44,962 bases of DNA, from assembly GCA_041178085.1 (NCBI GenBank), contig JBEGVZ010000105.1:1-44962 (forward strand), in the 5' to 3' direction. Source of the DNA: Pseudomonadota bacterium. GTDB lineage: Bacteria; Bdellovibrionota_B; Oligoflexia; Oligoflexales; RGVZ01. The first letter of the stretch is position 1. Each line of letters begins with the position of its first letter. Below, one piece after another: positions 8,208 to 18,835 of the stretch. The translations under genes and the position numbers were made by a program. The notes beneath the pieces were generated by a model. That model made no database searches and was not told where the DNA came from. It worked only from the letters and a program-made list of their open reading frames with translations.

Positions 8208-10829
8208 ATGGATATCAACAAGTTGACGCAAAAATCACAGGAAGCCCTGCAGTCTGCCCAGAAGCTTGCGATCGAATACGGCCACAATGAAGTGGACATC
8301 GAGCACCTCTTGGTAGCCCTTTTAAGGCAGGATGGCGGCCTCATCCCCAAGCTGGTGCAGCGAGCAGGAGCCAACAGCGACGCCCTCACAACGCGCCTGG
8401 AGTCGGCGCTGGGCAATCGCCCGCGCACCTCTGGACCGGGTTACGATCCAACCCGGATTTATCTGAACGGCAGGCTATCGCGCCTGGTCGTCTCGGCAGA
8501 GAAAGAAGCACAGCGCCTGAAAGACGAGTACGTCTCGGTGGAACATTTATTCATCGAGGCGCTCAAACTTGATGACAAGTCGGATGCGGCAAAGGCGCTG
8601 AAGGAACTCGGCCCGAAATCCGGCCCGTTCATGGAAGCGCTGACCGCCTTGCGAGGCAACCAGCGCGTGCAAAGCTCGACACCGGAGGAAACCTACGAGG
8701 CTTTGGAAAAATTTGGCCGGGACCTGGTCAAGGCGGCGCGGGACGGCAAGCTGGACCCCGTGATCGGACGCGACGAAGAAATTCGGCGAGTGATCCGCAT
8801 CCTGAGCCGTAAAACCAAGAATAACCCGGTCCTGATCGGCGAGCCGGGTGTCGGGAAGACAGCCATCGCAGAGGGCCTCGCTCACCGCATCGTTCGCGGG
8901 GATGTGCCAGAAGGGCTGAAAGACCGCTCGGTTTTTGCGCTCGACATGGGTGCGCTGATCGCTGGCGCGAAATTCCGCGGTGAGTTCGAAGAACGCCTGA
9001 AAGCCGTCCTGAACGAAGTCAAGAAGAGCGAAGGCCGCATCATCCTGTTTATCGACGAGCTTCATACGATCGTCGGCGCCGGCAAGGCGGAAGGCGCGAT
9101 GGACGCAGGCAACATGTTAAAACCCATGCTTGCCCGGGGCGAATTGCACTGCATTGGCGCCACCACTCTCGACGAGTATCGACAGTACATTGAAAAAGAT
9201 CCGGCCCTGGAGCGTCGCTTCCAACCGGTGATGGTGGACCAGCCCGGCGTGGAAGATACGGTTTCCATCCTGCGCGGCCTGCGCGAGCGGTTCGAAGTGC
9301 ACCACGGCGTCAAGATCCTGGACAATGCACTGGTCGCAGCGGCCACACTTTCCAATCGCTACATCACTGACCGCTTCCTGCCAGACAAGGCAATTGACCT
9401 GGTCGACGAGGCCTGCGCCATGATCCGGACGGAAATCGATTCAATGCCGTCGGATCTTGATTCGGCGCAGAGGAAAGTCATGCGGCTTGAGATCGAAGAA
9501 GCCGCGCTTAAAAAGGAGAAGGACGACTCCAGCCGCAAACGCCTGGAAGCCCTGCAAAGAGAGCTGGCAGATGCCCGCACATCTCGCGACACTTTACGCG
9601 CACAGTACGAAAGCGAAAAAGCTTCATTGCAGAAAGTAAACGCTGTGCGTGCAGAAATCGAAGAAACCAAGCGCGCAATCGAGCGGGCCGAGCGTGAGTA
9701 CAACCTGGACAAGGCCGCAGAGCTGCGCCATGGCAAAATGCCAAGCTTGCTTGAGAAGCTAAAGAAAACCGAAGCTGCCGACGCAATTGGCAATGCTGGC
9801 GAAGGAAATCGCCTTTTGCGTGAGCAGGTATCAGAATCCGAAATCAGCCAGATTGTCAGTCGCTGGACGGGAATTCCCGTCACACGCCTGGTCGAGGGCG
9901 AACGGGAGAAACTTCTCAAGCTCGACCAGATCCTGCACGAACGCGTCATCGGACAGGACGAGGCAGTGCAGCTCGTCTCAGACGCTGTCATCCGTGCCCG
10001 CGCAGGAATCAAGGATCCCCGCCGCCCGATCGGGTCTTTTATTTTTCTTGGACCGACAGGCGTTGGGAAGACTGAGCTGGCCAAGGCCCTTGCCGCCTCT
10101 CTTTTTGACAGCGAAGACAACATCGTGCGCATCGACATGTCAGAGTACATGGAGAAGCATGCAGTTTCGCGCTTGATCGGTGCGCCTCCCGGGTACGTTG
10201 GATACGAGGAGGGGGGGCAGCTGACCGAGGCTGTACGCAGGAAACCCTACTCAGTTGTCCTTTTTGACGAGATCGAGAAAGCGCACCCGGAAGTTTTCAA
10301 TACGCTGTTGCAACTCCTTGACGACGGCCGCCTGACCGACTCACAAGGTCGGACAGTCGACTTTCGCAACACCGTCGTCATCATGACAAGCAACATCGGC
10401 TCCCATTACCTGCTGGATGGCGGAATCGGGTCGGATGGAGACTTGACCCCGGGCGCGCGCAGCTCTGTGATGTCTGAACTACGTGGACATTTCCGTCCCG
10501 AGTTCCTAAACCGGATTGATGAAATCGTCATGTTCAAGCCGCTACAAGCCACCGAGATCGCCAAGATCGTTGGTCTGCTCGCAGAAGGGTTCGCTGCTCG
10601 TCTGGCTGACCGGCAAATCACTTTCGAGATGGATGAAAAAGCGAAATCTTTCGTCGCAGAAAGCGCTTACGACCCACAATTCGGTGCGCGCCCCCTCAAA
10701 CGCTTCTTGCAGCGGGAACTGGAAACAAGGATCGCCAGGAAAATCCTTTCTGGCGATTTGAAGGATGGGGACAGGGTAAAAGTGACCATTGTTGACGGCA
10801 AATTGGAGACTCAGGCCATACCGGCCTGA
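8208..10829 (+). CDS. clpB: ATP-dependent disaggregase ClpB
   Basis: Two AAA+ domains ([16 protein letters not shown]), coiled-coil middle domain, [16 protein letters not shown]; 873 aa. Confidence 0.98.
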   Translation: MDINKLTQKSQEALQSAQKLAIEYGHNEVDIEHLLVALLRQDGGLIPKLVQRAGANSDALTTRLESALGNRPRTSGPGYDPTRIYLNGRLSRLVVSAEKEAQRLKDEYVSVEHLFIEALKLDDKSDAAKALKELGPKSGPFMEALTALRGNQRVQSSTPEETYEALEKFGRDLVKAARDGKLDPVIGRDEEIRRVIRILSRKTKNNPVLIGEPGVGKTAIAEGLAHRIVRGDVPEGLKDRSVFALDMGALIAGAKFRGEFEERLKAVLNEVKKSEGRIILFIDELHTIVGAGKAEGAMDAGNMLKPMLARGELHCIGATTLDEYRQYIEKDPALERRFQPVMVDQPGVEDTVSILRGLRERFEVHHGVKILDNALVAAATLSNRYITDRFLPDKAIDLVDEACAMIRTEIDSMPSDLDSAQRKVMRLEIEEAALKKEKDDSSRKRLEALQRELADARTSRDTLRAQYESEKASLQKVNAVRAEIEETKRAIERAEREYNLDKAAELRHGKMPSLLEKLKKTEAADAIGNAGEGNRLLREQVSESEISQIVSRWTGIPVTRLVEGEREKLLKLDQILHERVIGQDEAVQLVSDAVIRARAGIKDPRRPIGSFIFLGPTGVGKTELAKALAASLFDSEDNIVRIDMSEYMEKHAVSRLIGAPPGYVGYEEGGQLTEAVRRKPYSVVLFDEIEKAHPEVFNTLLQLLDDGRLTDSQGRTVDFRNTVVIMTSNIGSHYLLDGGIGSDGDLTPGARSSVMSELRGHFRPEFLNRIDEIVMFKPLQATEIAKIVGLLAEGFAARLADRQITFEMDEKAKSFVAESAYDPQFGARPLKRFLQRELETRIARKILSGDLKDGDRVKVTIVDGKLETQAIPA

Positions 10830-10854
10830 GTTCGGCCGGCGATGCCTGCTCCAG

Positions 10855-11460
10855 TCAAAAGATCCTTAAACCCGTTTCAGTAAATACTCCTTGAACCGGC
10901 ACATCGTGTGGCTCGGCTGGCAGTTTTTCTGAAAGAACAAACTGTTCCATGCAAACAGCCGCCAGCCATACCCTTGAACGATCTGCGATTTTGGCCAGAA
11001 AGCGATCGTAGTATCCGGCCCCGGAGCCTAATCGCGTTCCGCTGGTGTCCACGGCCACACAGGGCAACAGGAGCAGAATATCCCGCCCCTCAACGGTCAG
11101 ACGCTGACCATCTGCAGGTTCGGCGATGCCAAATTTGCCCTTACGCAGGGGTTCATCCTTGCGCCAGGCCACAAATTCCATGGCGCCTCCCGGCAAAACG
11201 CGTGGAAAATACCACCGTTTTCCATGAGTCAAATCCCGTTCCATCGCTGGATGAATCAACGGCTCATTGCGAACGGCTAGATAGGCAGCAACCGCAGCAA
11301 AGTCCCGTGTCCCCAGGAAATCAAGCAAGTGCTCCTGTATTTCTTCTGAGACCTTTGAGATCACATCAGGAGCGATCCTGCTACGTGTGGCGCGGATCTG
11401 CTCACGACACGCTTTTTTGTCACTAAAGTCAGTAATGAGCACGGTTTTCTCCGAATTCAT
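10855..11460 (-). CDS. 5-formyltetrahydrofolate cyclo-ligase
   Basis: KFGIAEP, PCVAVDTSGTRLGSGAGYYDRFL, EPHDVPV. ATG 11460 is preferred because the longer start lies inside the upstream hairpin. Confidence 0.92.
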   Translation of the reverse strand: MNSEKTVLITDFSDKKACREQIRATRSRIAPDVISKVSEEIQEHLLDFLGTRDFAAVAAYLAVRNEPLIHPAMERDLTHGKRWYFPRVLPGGAMEFVAWRKDEPLRKGKFGIAEPADGQRLTVEGRDILLLLPCVAVDTSGTRLGSGAGYYDRFLAKIADRSRVWLAAVCMEQFVLSEKLPAEPHDVPVQGVFTETGLRIF

Positions 11461-11470
11461 CTGAAGAGCA

Positions 11471-11508
11471 TAAAACAAATCCACCCGGCGGGGCTACGCC
11501 GGGTGGAT
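11471..11508 (-). terminator. Rho-independent terminator of the 11532-12503 gene
   Basis: Perfect 12-bp stem ATCCACCCGGCG/CGCCGGGTGGAT, followed on the minus strand by TTGTTTTA. Confidence 0.75.
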
Positions 11509-11531
11509 CTTAACCTTGGATTTTTCACGAA

Positions 11532-12503
11532 TTACTGGATCGTGACGTCCACCGGAGTTGTGTATTCCCAACGTCCGGAAATCTCAGAGAATGACCCGAC
11601 GCGCATTTTGTACGCACCAGGAGTAACCCCTTGAAGGGTTGCCGTCGCACCTGCCGTTGAAAACTTGTAGTTCGGATTTGCCCAGTCCTGGGCATTATTG
11701 AGCTCGACACGGTAGTAGGTCACCCGTGCATCGCCCTGCCAGGACACTTGCCCACCGGAACCCGCGATCGTTGCGCCTGCAGCCGGAGCTGTGAGCGACA
11801 ACTTGCGACGAACCGGAGCATTCACAGTGAAAGAACGGATCTCAGATGTCCCGCCCGCTGTCTTTACCCGCCAGTACCAGGTACCGGGAGCCGGCTGGTG
11901 AAGGGAGTATGCACCCTTCTTGACCGGGATCGACATCGAGAGAGGTTTCATCGAAGAACTCCTGGAGAATTCAATCTTGCCGCTGCCACCAGTCCAGGAA
12001 AATCTGGCCGGACCCACCGTCTCGTCGTAGGCGATGGTGGAACCGTCTTCCGGGAAATTGATAGATACCGGCCCTGCGGCGGCACCGTCAGCCGGTTCAG
12101 CGGCAGCAACTGGCGCCGTATTTTCAACGGGAGCCGTTGAGGCAACAGGAGCTGCAGTTGCTGCAGGAGCCGTACTGGCTGTCGCAGCATCAGAGGGCTT
12201 TACCTCTTCAGCCGCTGCCGGTGGCGGAAACTCGTTTTCGGCAACATCGCCAGTCACCAGATAGAGGTAACCTACGGCTGCCACCGCCACGAGAAGAACT
12301 GCAAGGAGGATGTAACGCGAACGGTTTGAGTTCGAGTAGGATCCTTCCTTGAAGATCTGGGACATCGCATTCGTATTGGTCCCGAAGTTACTCGCGAACT
12401 CGCCTTTCAAATCCGCCGTAAACGGATTCGATTGCGAGCCGGGTTGTGACGGAAAGCCCCCGCCTCCCCCGCTGCCTGTTGGATTATTCATTGACTGGTT
12501 CAT
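11532..12503 (-). CDS. Single-pass membrane protein with Ala/Pro linker and two Ig-like periplasmic domains
   Basis: TM segment YILLAVLLVAVAAVGYLYLV; PA-rich linker; GTWYWRV and GAYKMRV Ig/FN3-type motifs; SD GGGAG before ATG 12503. Confidence 0.8.
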   Translation of the reverse strand: MNQSMNNPTGSGGGGGFPSQPGSQSNPFTADLKGEFASNFGTNTNAMSQIFKEGSYSNSNRSRYILLAVLLVAVAAVGYLYLVTGDVAENEFPPPAAAEEVKPSDAATASTAPAATAAPVASTAPVENTAPVAAAEPADGAAAGPVSINFPEDGSTIAYDETVGPARFSWTGGSGKIEFSRSSSMKPLSMSIPVKKGAYSLHQPAPGTWYWRVKTAGGTSEIRSFTVNAPVRRKLSLTAPAAGATIAGSGGQVSWQGDARVTYYRVELNNAQDWANPNYKFSTAGATATLQGVTPGAYKMRVGSFSEISGRWEYTTPVDVTIQ

Positions 12504-12543
12504 GGCTGCAAAATCTCCCAAGGTTAAATGCCACGGATCATCC

Positions 12544-12643
12544 GTTAAGGATTTTCAATGGGCGTTTCGGACCAGGCGGAAATGACTTTAGGGTGAGGCT
12601 GCTGGAAACCGTAACAATTCGGGGGCCATTGAACCTTCTTAAC
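12544..12643. repeat. Imperfect 18-bp inverted repeat pair (15/18 identical)
   Basis: GTTAAGGATTTTCAATGG (12544-12561) versus the reverse complement of 12626-12643 (GTTAAGAAGGTTCAATGG). Confidence 0.6.
12564..12590 (-). promoter_or_regulatory. Sigma28/FliA-like promoter
   Basis: Minus strand TAAA-N15-TCCGAAAC, ~60 nt before ATG 12503. Confidence 0.55.
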
Positions 12644-12698
12644 CTTGGCAAATAGGCGTAATCAGCCAATCCAGGGCGATGATTTGCGGTTTGACCAA

Positions 12699-13841
12699 TC
12701 AGGCCCGAGAAAGCAACTTGTGGTAGGAAAACTCAATCGACATGGGCAGGATCCAGACCGGGACGCCTGTCCTGTGAAGCATTTGCGGGTTCCGCCAATA
12801 ATCTTTAGCGGTCGTAATGATAGCGTCACACGGCAAGTTGTTGCCGGACAGGTCGCGGCGCAAGGCGGATTGCAATTCTTCGCTGCGGAATTCCTCGTGA
12901 TCTTTGACGGTCAGGATGTTTGCCGGGACCAAACCCTTCCCGCTCAAGGCATCAATGAACGCCAATGGACGCGCGATACCGCAAGCAACAAGAGGACGAC
13001 GAGGCCACGAAACGGATTCGGGACTGGAAAAAGATCCTCCTGCACTCATCAGTAACAGGTCACCGTACCTGATGAAGGCTCTTTCGCCCGGCAAACCAGG
13101 CGCGCCTGTGGAATCGTGATCCCGACCCAAAACAGTCACGACACAAGTGGCCCGGTCCAGTGCAGATAGGGGCTCACGCAAATTCCCAGATGGCAGGCAA
13201 ACGGACTCACGTGGCCTGGTTCCCACACCGGGCGTCAACAAAACGACGTCAATGTCCCGCGCGATTGCAAGGTGCTGAAAACCGTCATCCAGGACGACAT
13301 CCGTAGGCTGCACGTCATCAGGAAAGCCTGCCCGCGAAAAAACCTGCCAAGTCTTGTAGCGATCACGACCGATCAGCACCGGCACAGTCGGCAGCAGGTT
13401 TGAGATCATCATGGCTTCATCTGCATGGATGTGGGCAGCAAGCGAATCGACGTAGGGAACAGTCGAACCGTCCATATGGCGAAAATCGACGTATCGCCCG
13501 CCAAAAATCATGGCGCACAAATCTCCGGGCAGTCCAGAACCGTGCCCACGGGACAAAACGACAGGAACCCGCCCCAACTGGACCAACTCGGAGCACAAAC
13601 CCGCAACAAACGGGGTCTTGCCCGTGCCACCTGTCTCGATGTTGCCAACCGAGATCACACGGACACCAAGCTTGCCCGTACGCAGGAAGCCAGTCCTGTA
13701 AAGCCAACTGCGGATCATCACCACCACAAGGTAAAGCAGCGAAAGTGGATACATTGCCACCCGCCATGCGGCATGGTCAGGGATGCGACTGAATTTTGCA
13801 CCCCATGCCGAAGCAACCGCGGCAAGGACGGCGGGCATCAT
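12699..13841 (-). CDS. lpxK: Tetraacyldisaccharide 4'-kinase
   Basis: VISVGNIETGGTGKTP, LSRG, LDDGFQH, LPSGNLRE, TTAKD; start overlaps the msbA stop. Confidence 0.93.
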   Translation of the reverse strand: MMPAVLAAVASAWGAKFSRIPDHAAWRVAMYPLSLLYLVVVMIRSWLYRTGFLRTGKLGVRVISVGNIETGGTGKTPFVAGLCSELVQLGRVPVVLSRGHGSGLPGDLCAMIFGGRYVDFRHMDGSTVPYVDSLAAHIHADEAMMISNLLPTVPVLIGRDRYKTWQVFSRAGFPDDVQPTDVVLDDGFQHLAIARDIDVVLLTPGVGTRPRESVCLPSGNLREPLSALDRATCVVTVLGRDHDSTGAPGLPGERAFIRYGDLLLMSAGGSFSSPESVSWPRRPLVACGIARPLAFIDALSGKGLVPANILTVKDHEEFRSEELQSALRRDLSGNNLPCDAIITTAKDYWRNPQMLHRTGVPVWILPMSIEFSYHKLLSRA

Positions 13842-15793
13842 GAATGCACCTGGCAAAATTCGCGAAAGCGAGGCTCCCTCATGAGCTGATCCCTAGTTCC
13901 ACGCAAAGAGACATGTCCTCCTTCAACGAACCAAATTTCGTCGAAAAGTTCCAGGCACTGCAGGCGGTGCGTCACAGCAAGCAATGCGCGGCCAGAGCCG
14001 CGAACTGCCTTTACGACTCTTTGCATGATTGCCGCCTCTGTTGCCGGATCGAGTGCCGATGTTGCTTCATCAAGGAGAAGCACTCGCTTCTGACGCAACC
14101 AGGCACGTGCAATGACGAGCCTCTGGATCTGCCCCCCAGAAAGATTGGATGTCAGTGATGAAACAGGTGTCTCGATGCCGGCGGGCAAGGATGCGATGAG
14201 TTCAGAGAGCCCCATCAATCCGAGGGTGTCGTTAATTGCTTCATCCGCCGGCTGACTGCTTCCGTAGCAAATGTTTTCACGTACGCTGGCCGCAAACAGG
14301 TAAGGCTGCTGCGGAACAAGGGCGGTGGAATTCGCAAGGTCATTCCATGAGACGTTTGCATCCCACAATTGGGGTCGCGCCAGGCCCGAGAACACTTTCA
14401 ACATGGAACTCTTTCCAGAGCCACTGGGGCCGACAACTGCAACCGCGTGCCCGGGTGCGACAGTCAAGGGAGTAACCTCACGACCTCGGTCACCGCCAAA
14501 GGAGAAACCTGGCGACTTTAGCGCCGGCGCGTCCTTCATATCTGCTGTAGAATCAGCAGCCTGTCCCGCCCACCGAAAGGAGACGGCACGGACCAATATT
14601 TCCTGACCAAAGGAAAGCACCTGTGAATCCGGGGTCCGGTTTGCGGCTTCCGAAACAGACGGCGTGATCATTTCGAAGCATTTACCAACGGCTCCCCGGG
14701 TCTCATGATAGCGGGTCAATTGCTCGCCGATCTCTCGCAACGGCTTGACCATAAATCCGAGGGCAACGACGAACTGAAGGGCAAAGTCACCCGCCCCACC
14801 GCCACCTGCATCACCGCCTCCCAACCACTGTCGGTCGAGCGCAAAAATGAACGCAGCAAATATTGCAAAGCCAGCAAATTCAAGTGCAGGGGCGAACGCG
14901 GATCTCACCAGGATGCTACGGCAAATCGTCCGGAACCAGGATTCGTTGATATTCCGGAAACGCCGCAGGTCGAATTCTTCCCCGTGCTGGACTCGCATGA
15001 AGTCGAAACGCCCCCGCACCTCAAGCACGAGCGAAGTCATCACACGCATAGCCTGCTGCACTGAAGCAGAAAACCCTGCAATCTTCTTTCCTGTGCGTCC
15101 TGTTGCCCGTGCCGCAAGTGGCATGATCCCGATCAAAACGAGAGCCGATGGCCAATGAATGAGGGCCATGGTCACAAGACTGGCAATGACGGCGACGCCG
15201 CCACGCAGGAAGCTGGACATGAATTCAGACAACCGAGCCTGCACAAAAGCAACATCATTGATAACGATCGACATCCACCCAGCAGGCGATGTCGCAGCAA
15301 GTTCCGGGTATGGTTTGCGAAGGATGGTACCAAAAAGGGAATCACGCAACGCCGCACCGGCAAACAAGCTGAAATCCTGCTGCATCCGGTTGTAAGCGTA
15401 AGATGCTGCAGACTTCATCAAACCGGCAAGCAGGACCGCAGACGGAATGATCAGGTATAAGGCATTGACCGGCACCTGCTGTCCAAGCAAACGTTGGAGG
15501 GCCTCCGCGGGATCCCCCGGCAACCAGGCAAGACCCTTGAGCGCCATGGCATCGATAGATACCAGGCGGGCCAATGTGATGGAGGTCTCATTTCCATTTT
15601 GAGCCCCCACACCACCAAAAAAGACAGCAAGAAACGCCTTTACGAGCAGGATCGCACCTGCTTGGGACAACGCAAGTAACAGAAGCGACAGGCAAATGCC
15701 GGCAACAAGTGCGGGATGCTGCCGGCAAGTATAGAGCGCGAGTCCACCGAGGGAGCGAACACGAGGCATCTCAACGGCCCGGTAAAAAGCCAT
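13838..15793 (-). CDS. msbA: MsbA-like ABC exporter (TMD-NBD), lipid A flippase by context
   Basis: Multi-TM N-terminus; GPSGSGKS, LSGGQ, LLLDEATSALD, THRL; lies between lpxB and lpxK. ATG 15793 overlaps the lpxB stop. Confidence 0.8.
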   Translation of the reverse strand: MAFYRAVEMPRVRSLGGLALYTCRQHPALVAGICLSLLLLALSQAGAILLVKAFLAVFFGGVGAQNGNETSITLARLVSIDAMALKGLAWLPGDPAEALQRLLGQQVPVNALYLIIPSAVLLAGLMKSAASYAYNRMQQDFSLFAGAALRDSLFGTILRKPYPELAATSPAGWMSIVINDVAFVQARLSEFMSSFLRGGVAVIASLVTMALIHWPSALVLIGIMPLAARATGRTGKKIAGFSASVQQAMRVMTSLVLEVRGRFDFMRVQHGEEFDLRRFRNINESWFRTICRSILVRSAFAPALEFAGFAIFAAFIFALDRQWLGGGDAGGGGAGDFALQFVVALGFMVKPLREIGEQLTRYHETRGAVGKCFEMITPSVSEAANRTPDSQVLSFGQEILVRAVSFRWAGQAADSTADMKDAPALKSPGFSFGGDRGREVTPLTVAPGHAVAVVGPSGSGKSSMLKVFSGLARPQLWDANVSWNDLANSTALVPQQPYLFAASVRENICYGSSQPADEAINDTLGLMGLSELIASLPAGIETPVSSLTSNLSGGQIQRLVIARAWLRQKRVLLLDEATSALDPATEAAIMQRVVKAVRGSGRALLAVTHRLQCLELFDEIWFVEGGHVSLRGTRDQLMREPRFREFCQVHS

Positions 15794-16935
15794 CAACCAC
15801 CAGCCCCCTGCCACCGCTGGATGCAGATGGCCGCAGATTGCGCAGCCCCTCCATGCAGTGTGCTGTTTGCGAGAGCGAGCCCGGCGAGTTGACGATCGCG
15901 GACCGATGAATCGAGGATCAAATCGCGGACACAGGCAGCCACAGCCTGGGCATCCACGTCCTGGATGAACTCGGGTACGACTTCTTCGCCGGCAAGCAAG
16001 TTGACCAGGCTCGCATGCTTCACCGTAACGACGCGCTGCGCAATCATGTGCGTAAGCGGGCTCATCTGATAGACAACCGCCATCGGCAAACCAGACAGGC
16101 TGCACTCCAAGGTTGCCGTGCCCGACGCGACAACCGCCACGTCCGAGACCGACATGAGCTCAAGGCTTGCTCCAGCGACCACCGTAACCGACTTCAAGCC
16201 GGCGAACCGCGAACGGACAAATTCCACATCAAGGCTGGGCGCGACCGGCACTGCAAAACAGACACCGGGAACCATGGATTCAATCGCCCGTGCAGTCCGG
16301 ACTAGAAGCGGTGCGATCGAAGTGATCTCTGCTACCCGGCTTCCCGGCAACAACAACACCACGGGCTGGGTCAGACGATCTCCCGCCAGGCCGAACAGGG
16401 AACGTTCCACCTTGATGCGGGAAATACGGTCCACATGGGGCGACCCGACATATTCGTAGCGCACGCCACGTTCCAGAAAAAAATCCCGTTCAAAAGGCAG
16501 AATGCCAAGCACCCCAGAAAAATCGGACTTCAGGCGGGAAATTCGTGATGCGCCCCACGCCCAAAGTTTTGGCGCAACGTACTGGTACACGGGAATGCCA
16601 CACTGGCGGCAAAACTCTGCAAGGCGGAAATGAAATCCGGGAAAGTCGACTGTCACGACGAATGCAGGATCCAGTCGCTCAACAGCAGCAAAAATCCGCT
16701 TTTCCAGCAGTGCCAGGCTGCCAAGCTTGCTGGCTACCTCGGCAAAGCCCATCACGCTTAGCTCCGAAACGCGGGCGACGGACCTGACGCCGGCCGCATC
16801 CATCGACGGCCCGGTCACACCAAAAAAAGCACGACCAGGAAATGCGTTTGCCAGAGCAGGGACAAGGTCTGCGGCAAGCAAGTCGCCGGAGAATTCACCC
16901 GCGGAAATGAAAATAGGTTGGCTGTCCCGTGCCAC
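15793..16935 (-). CDS. lpxB: Lipid-A-disaccharide synthase
   Basis: AGEFSGD, LSVMG, DFPGFH, YVAPKLWAW, LLPGSR, SGTATLE, SLVNL. Start uncertain (16935 or 16983). Confidence 0.95.
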   Translation of the reverse strand: MARDSQPIFISAGEFSGDLLAADLVPALANAFPGRAFFGVTGPSMDAAGVRSVARVSELSVMGFAEVASKLGSLALLEKRIFAAVERLDPAFVVTVDFPGFHFRLAEFCRQCGIPVYQYVAPKLWAWGASRISRLKSDFSGVLGILPFERDFFLERGVRYEYVGSPHVDRISRIKVERSLFGLAGDRLTQPVVLLLPGSRVAEITSIAPLLVRTARAIESMVPGVCFAVPVAPSLDVEFVRSRFAGLKSVTVVAGASLELMSVSDVAVVASGTATLECSLSGLPMAVVYQMSPLTHMIAQRVVTVKHASLVNLLAGEEVVPEFIQDVDAQAVAACVRDLILDSSVRDRQLAGLALANSTLHGGAAQSAAICIQRWQGAGG

Positions 16936-16973
16936 AAAACTCCCGCCGATATCACCCAGGAAGTTGCCTGACC

Positions 16974-17759
16974 TCAGCGGCAAATGCCTCGTTTGGCATC
17001 CGCAAGGAAATCAAGGAACTTGGCCTTGATCGCTGCGTCCGTCGTCTCTGATGCAATCCGGGCCTTTGCTTCCTCCAGGGGAAGATCTTCGCTGTAGAGC
17101 AAACGGTAGCAATTCTTCACCTCGCCAACCTGCGCTGTGGTCATCCCGGATCTGCGCAAACCCACCACGTTGAGTCCGGTAGGACGGGCACGGTCGCCGT
17201 GAACCATGACGAATGGCGGCACGTCCTGAGCGACAATCGCCCCAGCTGCAACCATCACCATGTCACCGATATGGCAAAACTGGTGAATGCCCGATAGCCC
17301 GCCAAAAACAGCCTTATCACCGATCACACAGTGGCCGGCAACCGCGACGCTGTTGGCGAAAATGCATTCATTCCCGATGATGCAATCGTGTGCCACATGG
17401 CTGTAAACCATGAACAAATTGCCATCGCCGATGATGGTTTTTCCGCCACCACCAGCTGTGCCAAGGGAAATATTGGCGTATTCGCGGATCATGTTGTCAG
17501 AGCCGATGTGAAGCTCCGTTTCTTCACCCGAGAACTTCAAATCCTGGGGCTGCGAACCAACGCTGGCGAAAGCATGGATCCTGGTGCGCGCTCCGACGGA
17601 CGTTCGCCCTTCGACTACCGCATGGGCATCGACAACGACACCGTCGCCGAGCTTCACCGAAGGACCGACAATCGCATAAGGGCCGATCACGACGCCTGCG
17701 CCCAGTTCTGCGTGACTGTCAACGATGGCGGTAGGATGAATCTTCACAGCCTGCGCCAT
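16974..17759 (-). CDS. lpxA: UDP-N-acetylglucosamine acyltransferase
   Basis: IHPTAIV hexapeptide repeats, PQDLKF, IREY, HVAHDC, HQFC, DVPPF. Confidence 0.97.
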   Translation of the reverse strand: MAQAVKIHPTAIVDSHAELGAGVVIGPYAIVGPSVKLGDGVVVDAHAVVEGRTSVGARTRIHAFASVGSQPQDLKFSGEETELHIGSDNMIREYANISLGTAGGGGKTIIGDGNLFMVYSHVAHDCIIGNECIFANSVAVAGHCVIGDKAVFGGLSGIHQFCHIGDMVMVAAGAIVAQDVPPFVMVHGDRARPTGLNVVGLRRSGMTTAQVGEVKNCYRLLYSEDLPLEEAKARIASETTDAAIKAKFLDFLADAKRGICR

Positions 17760-17762
17760 CGA

Positions 17763-18245
17763 TCACCTCATCATCGCCGAAAATTTGGCTGTTGAGACCT
17801 GCTCACCATCAACGTGCGCTACACCTTCGAACCAAAGGAAATGCCCGCGCTGGCGGACCAGCTTGACTTCGTACATGAGCCGATCGCCGGGACGAACAGG
17901 CTTGCGGAAACGTGCCTCGCTGACATCCGTCAGCAGGCATTGGCGCGCGACACCGCCGGCGGCGAAGTGACCGTAAATAGCTGCCGTCTGCGCTAGCCCC
18001 TCAATAATGAAAACACCGGGCAAAACCGGGTTGCCGGGAAAATGACCCTGCAAGGCAGGTTCCGACAACGAGATGTTCCGGAAGGCAAGAATCCTCTCGC
18101 CTGGCACGATCTCCACCACACGGTCAACGAGCAGGAACGGGAAACGGTGCGGAATGCAGCGATGAATCGCTTCCGTGTCCATCGGCATCTGAGGCAATTC
18201 GATTCCGGCCATGGCGTCGGTGCTGGTAGTCATTGCTTTACTCAC
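17763..18245 (-). CDS. fabZ: 3-hydroxyacyl-ACP dehydratase
   Basis: PHRFPFLLVDRV, GHFPGNPVLPGVFIIEGLAQ, FRKPVRPGD. Confidence 0.96.
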   Translation of the reverse strand: MSKAMTTSTDAMAGIELPQMPMDTEAIHRCIPHRFPFLLVDRVVEIVPGERILAFRNISLSEPALQGHFPGNPVLPGVFIIEGLAQTAAIYGHFAAGGVARQCLLTDVSEARFRKPVRPGDRLMYEVKLVRQRGHFLWFEGVAHVDGEQVSTAKFSAMMR

Positions 18246-18808
18246 TTCTTGCCTTTCCCGCCCGATTTCTTTGACTCCTTGGCATAACGGTCGATGACTT
18301 CCTTGGTCAGGTCAACCGGATCTTGCAAATAAAGCAGCCCAGCGGAGTTTGCCTCAAAGACCGCTTCGAAGGCTCTCTCCTTGGATATCTTCTCGACCAG
18401 GCCGGCAACTTTCACTGCGATGGCCTGGGTTGCTTTCTGTTCCTTGCGCTTGATTCCTGCCTGGAATTCCATCTCGGCATTGCGAAGGGCAAGGAACTTC
18501 TCCTGAAAGTCCTTCTGCTTGTTCATCCGTGCTTCCTCTGACAGCAAAGAAGCCTTGGACTTCCACTCCTCATTCATCTTGTCGAGTTCTTCCTTCTGCT
18601 TTTGCAGCTCCTTTTCCTTCTCCTTGATTTCTTTCTCAAGGTCGCTGCGGGCAGCCTTGCCCTCATCCACATTCAGGATGACCGCCTGCATGTCCACCAC
18701 TGCATATTTCTTCGCCTGGGCAAGAGCCATGTCTGGCAGGCCGAGCACCGATAAAACAAGGGCCAGCTGTCCCACGAAGCGCACAAAACCCGCATTGTTA
18801 TTGACCAT
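18242..18808 (-). CDS. skp: Periplasmic chaperone Skp/OmpH
   Basis: Signal peptide, YAVVDMQAVI, long coiled coil, DLTKEVI; follows bamA. Confidence 0.9.
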   Translation of the reverse strand: MVNNNAGFVRFVGQLALVLSVLGLPDMALAQAKKYAVVDMQAVILNVDEGKAARSDLEKEIKEKEKELQKQKEELDKMNEEWKSKASLLSEEARMNKQKDFQEKFLALRNAEMEFQAGIKRKEQKATQAIAVKVAGLVEKISKERAFEAVFEANSAGLLYLQDPVDLTKEVIDRYAKESKKSGGKGKK

Positions 18809-18835
18809 GTCTGAACTCCTGACAGTGTGGTGAAC

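Noticed and set aside
11461..11531. 6S RNA expected upstream of the 5-formyl-THF cyclo-ligase gene
   Set aside because: The gap is only ~70 nt and is occupied by a terminator. The 12518-12648 structure is too short and lacks a clear 6S central bubble.
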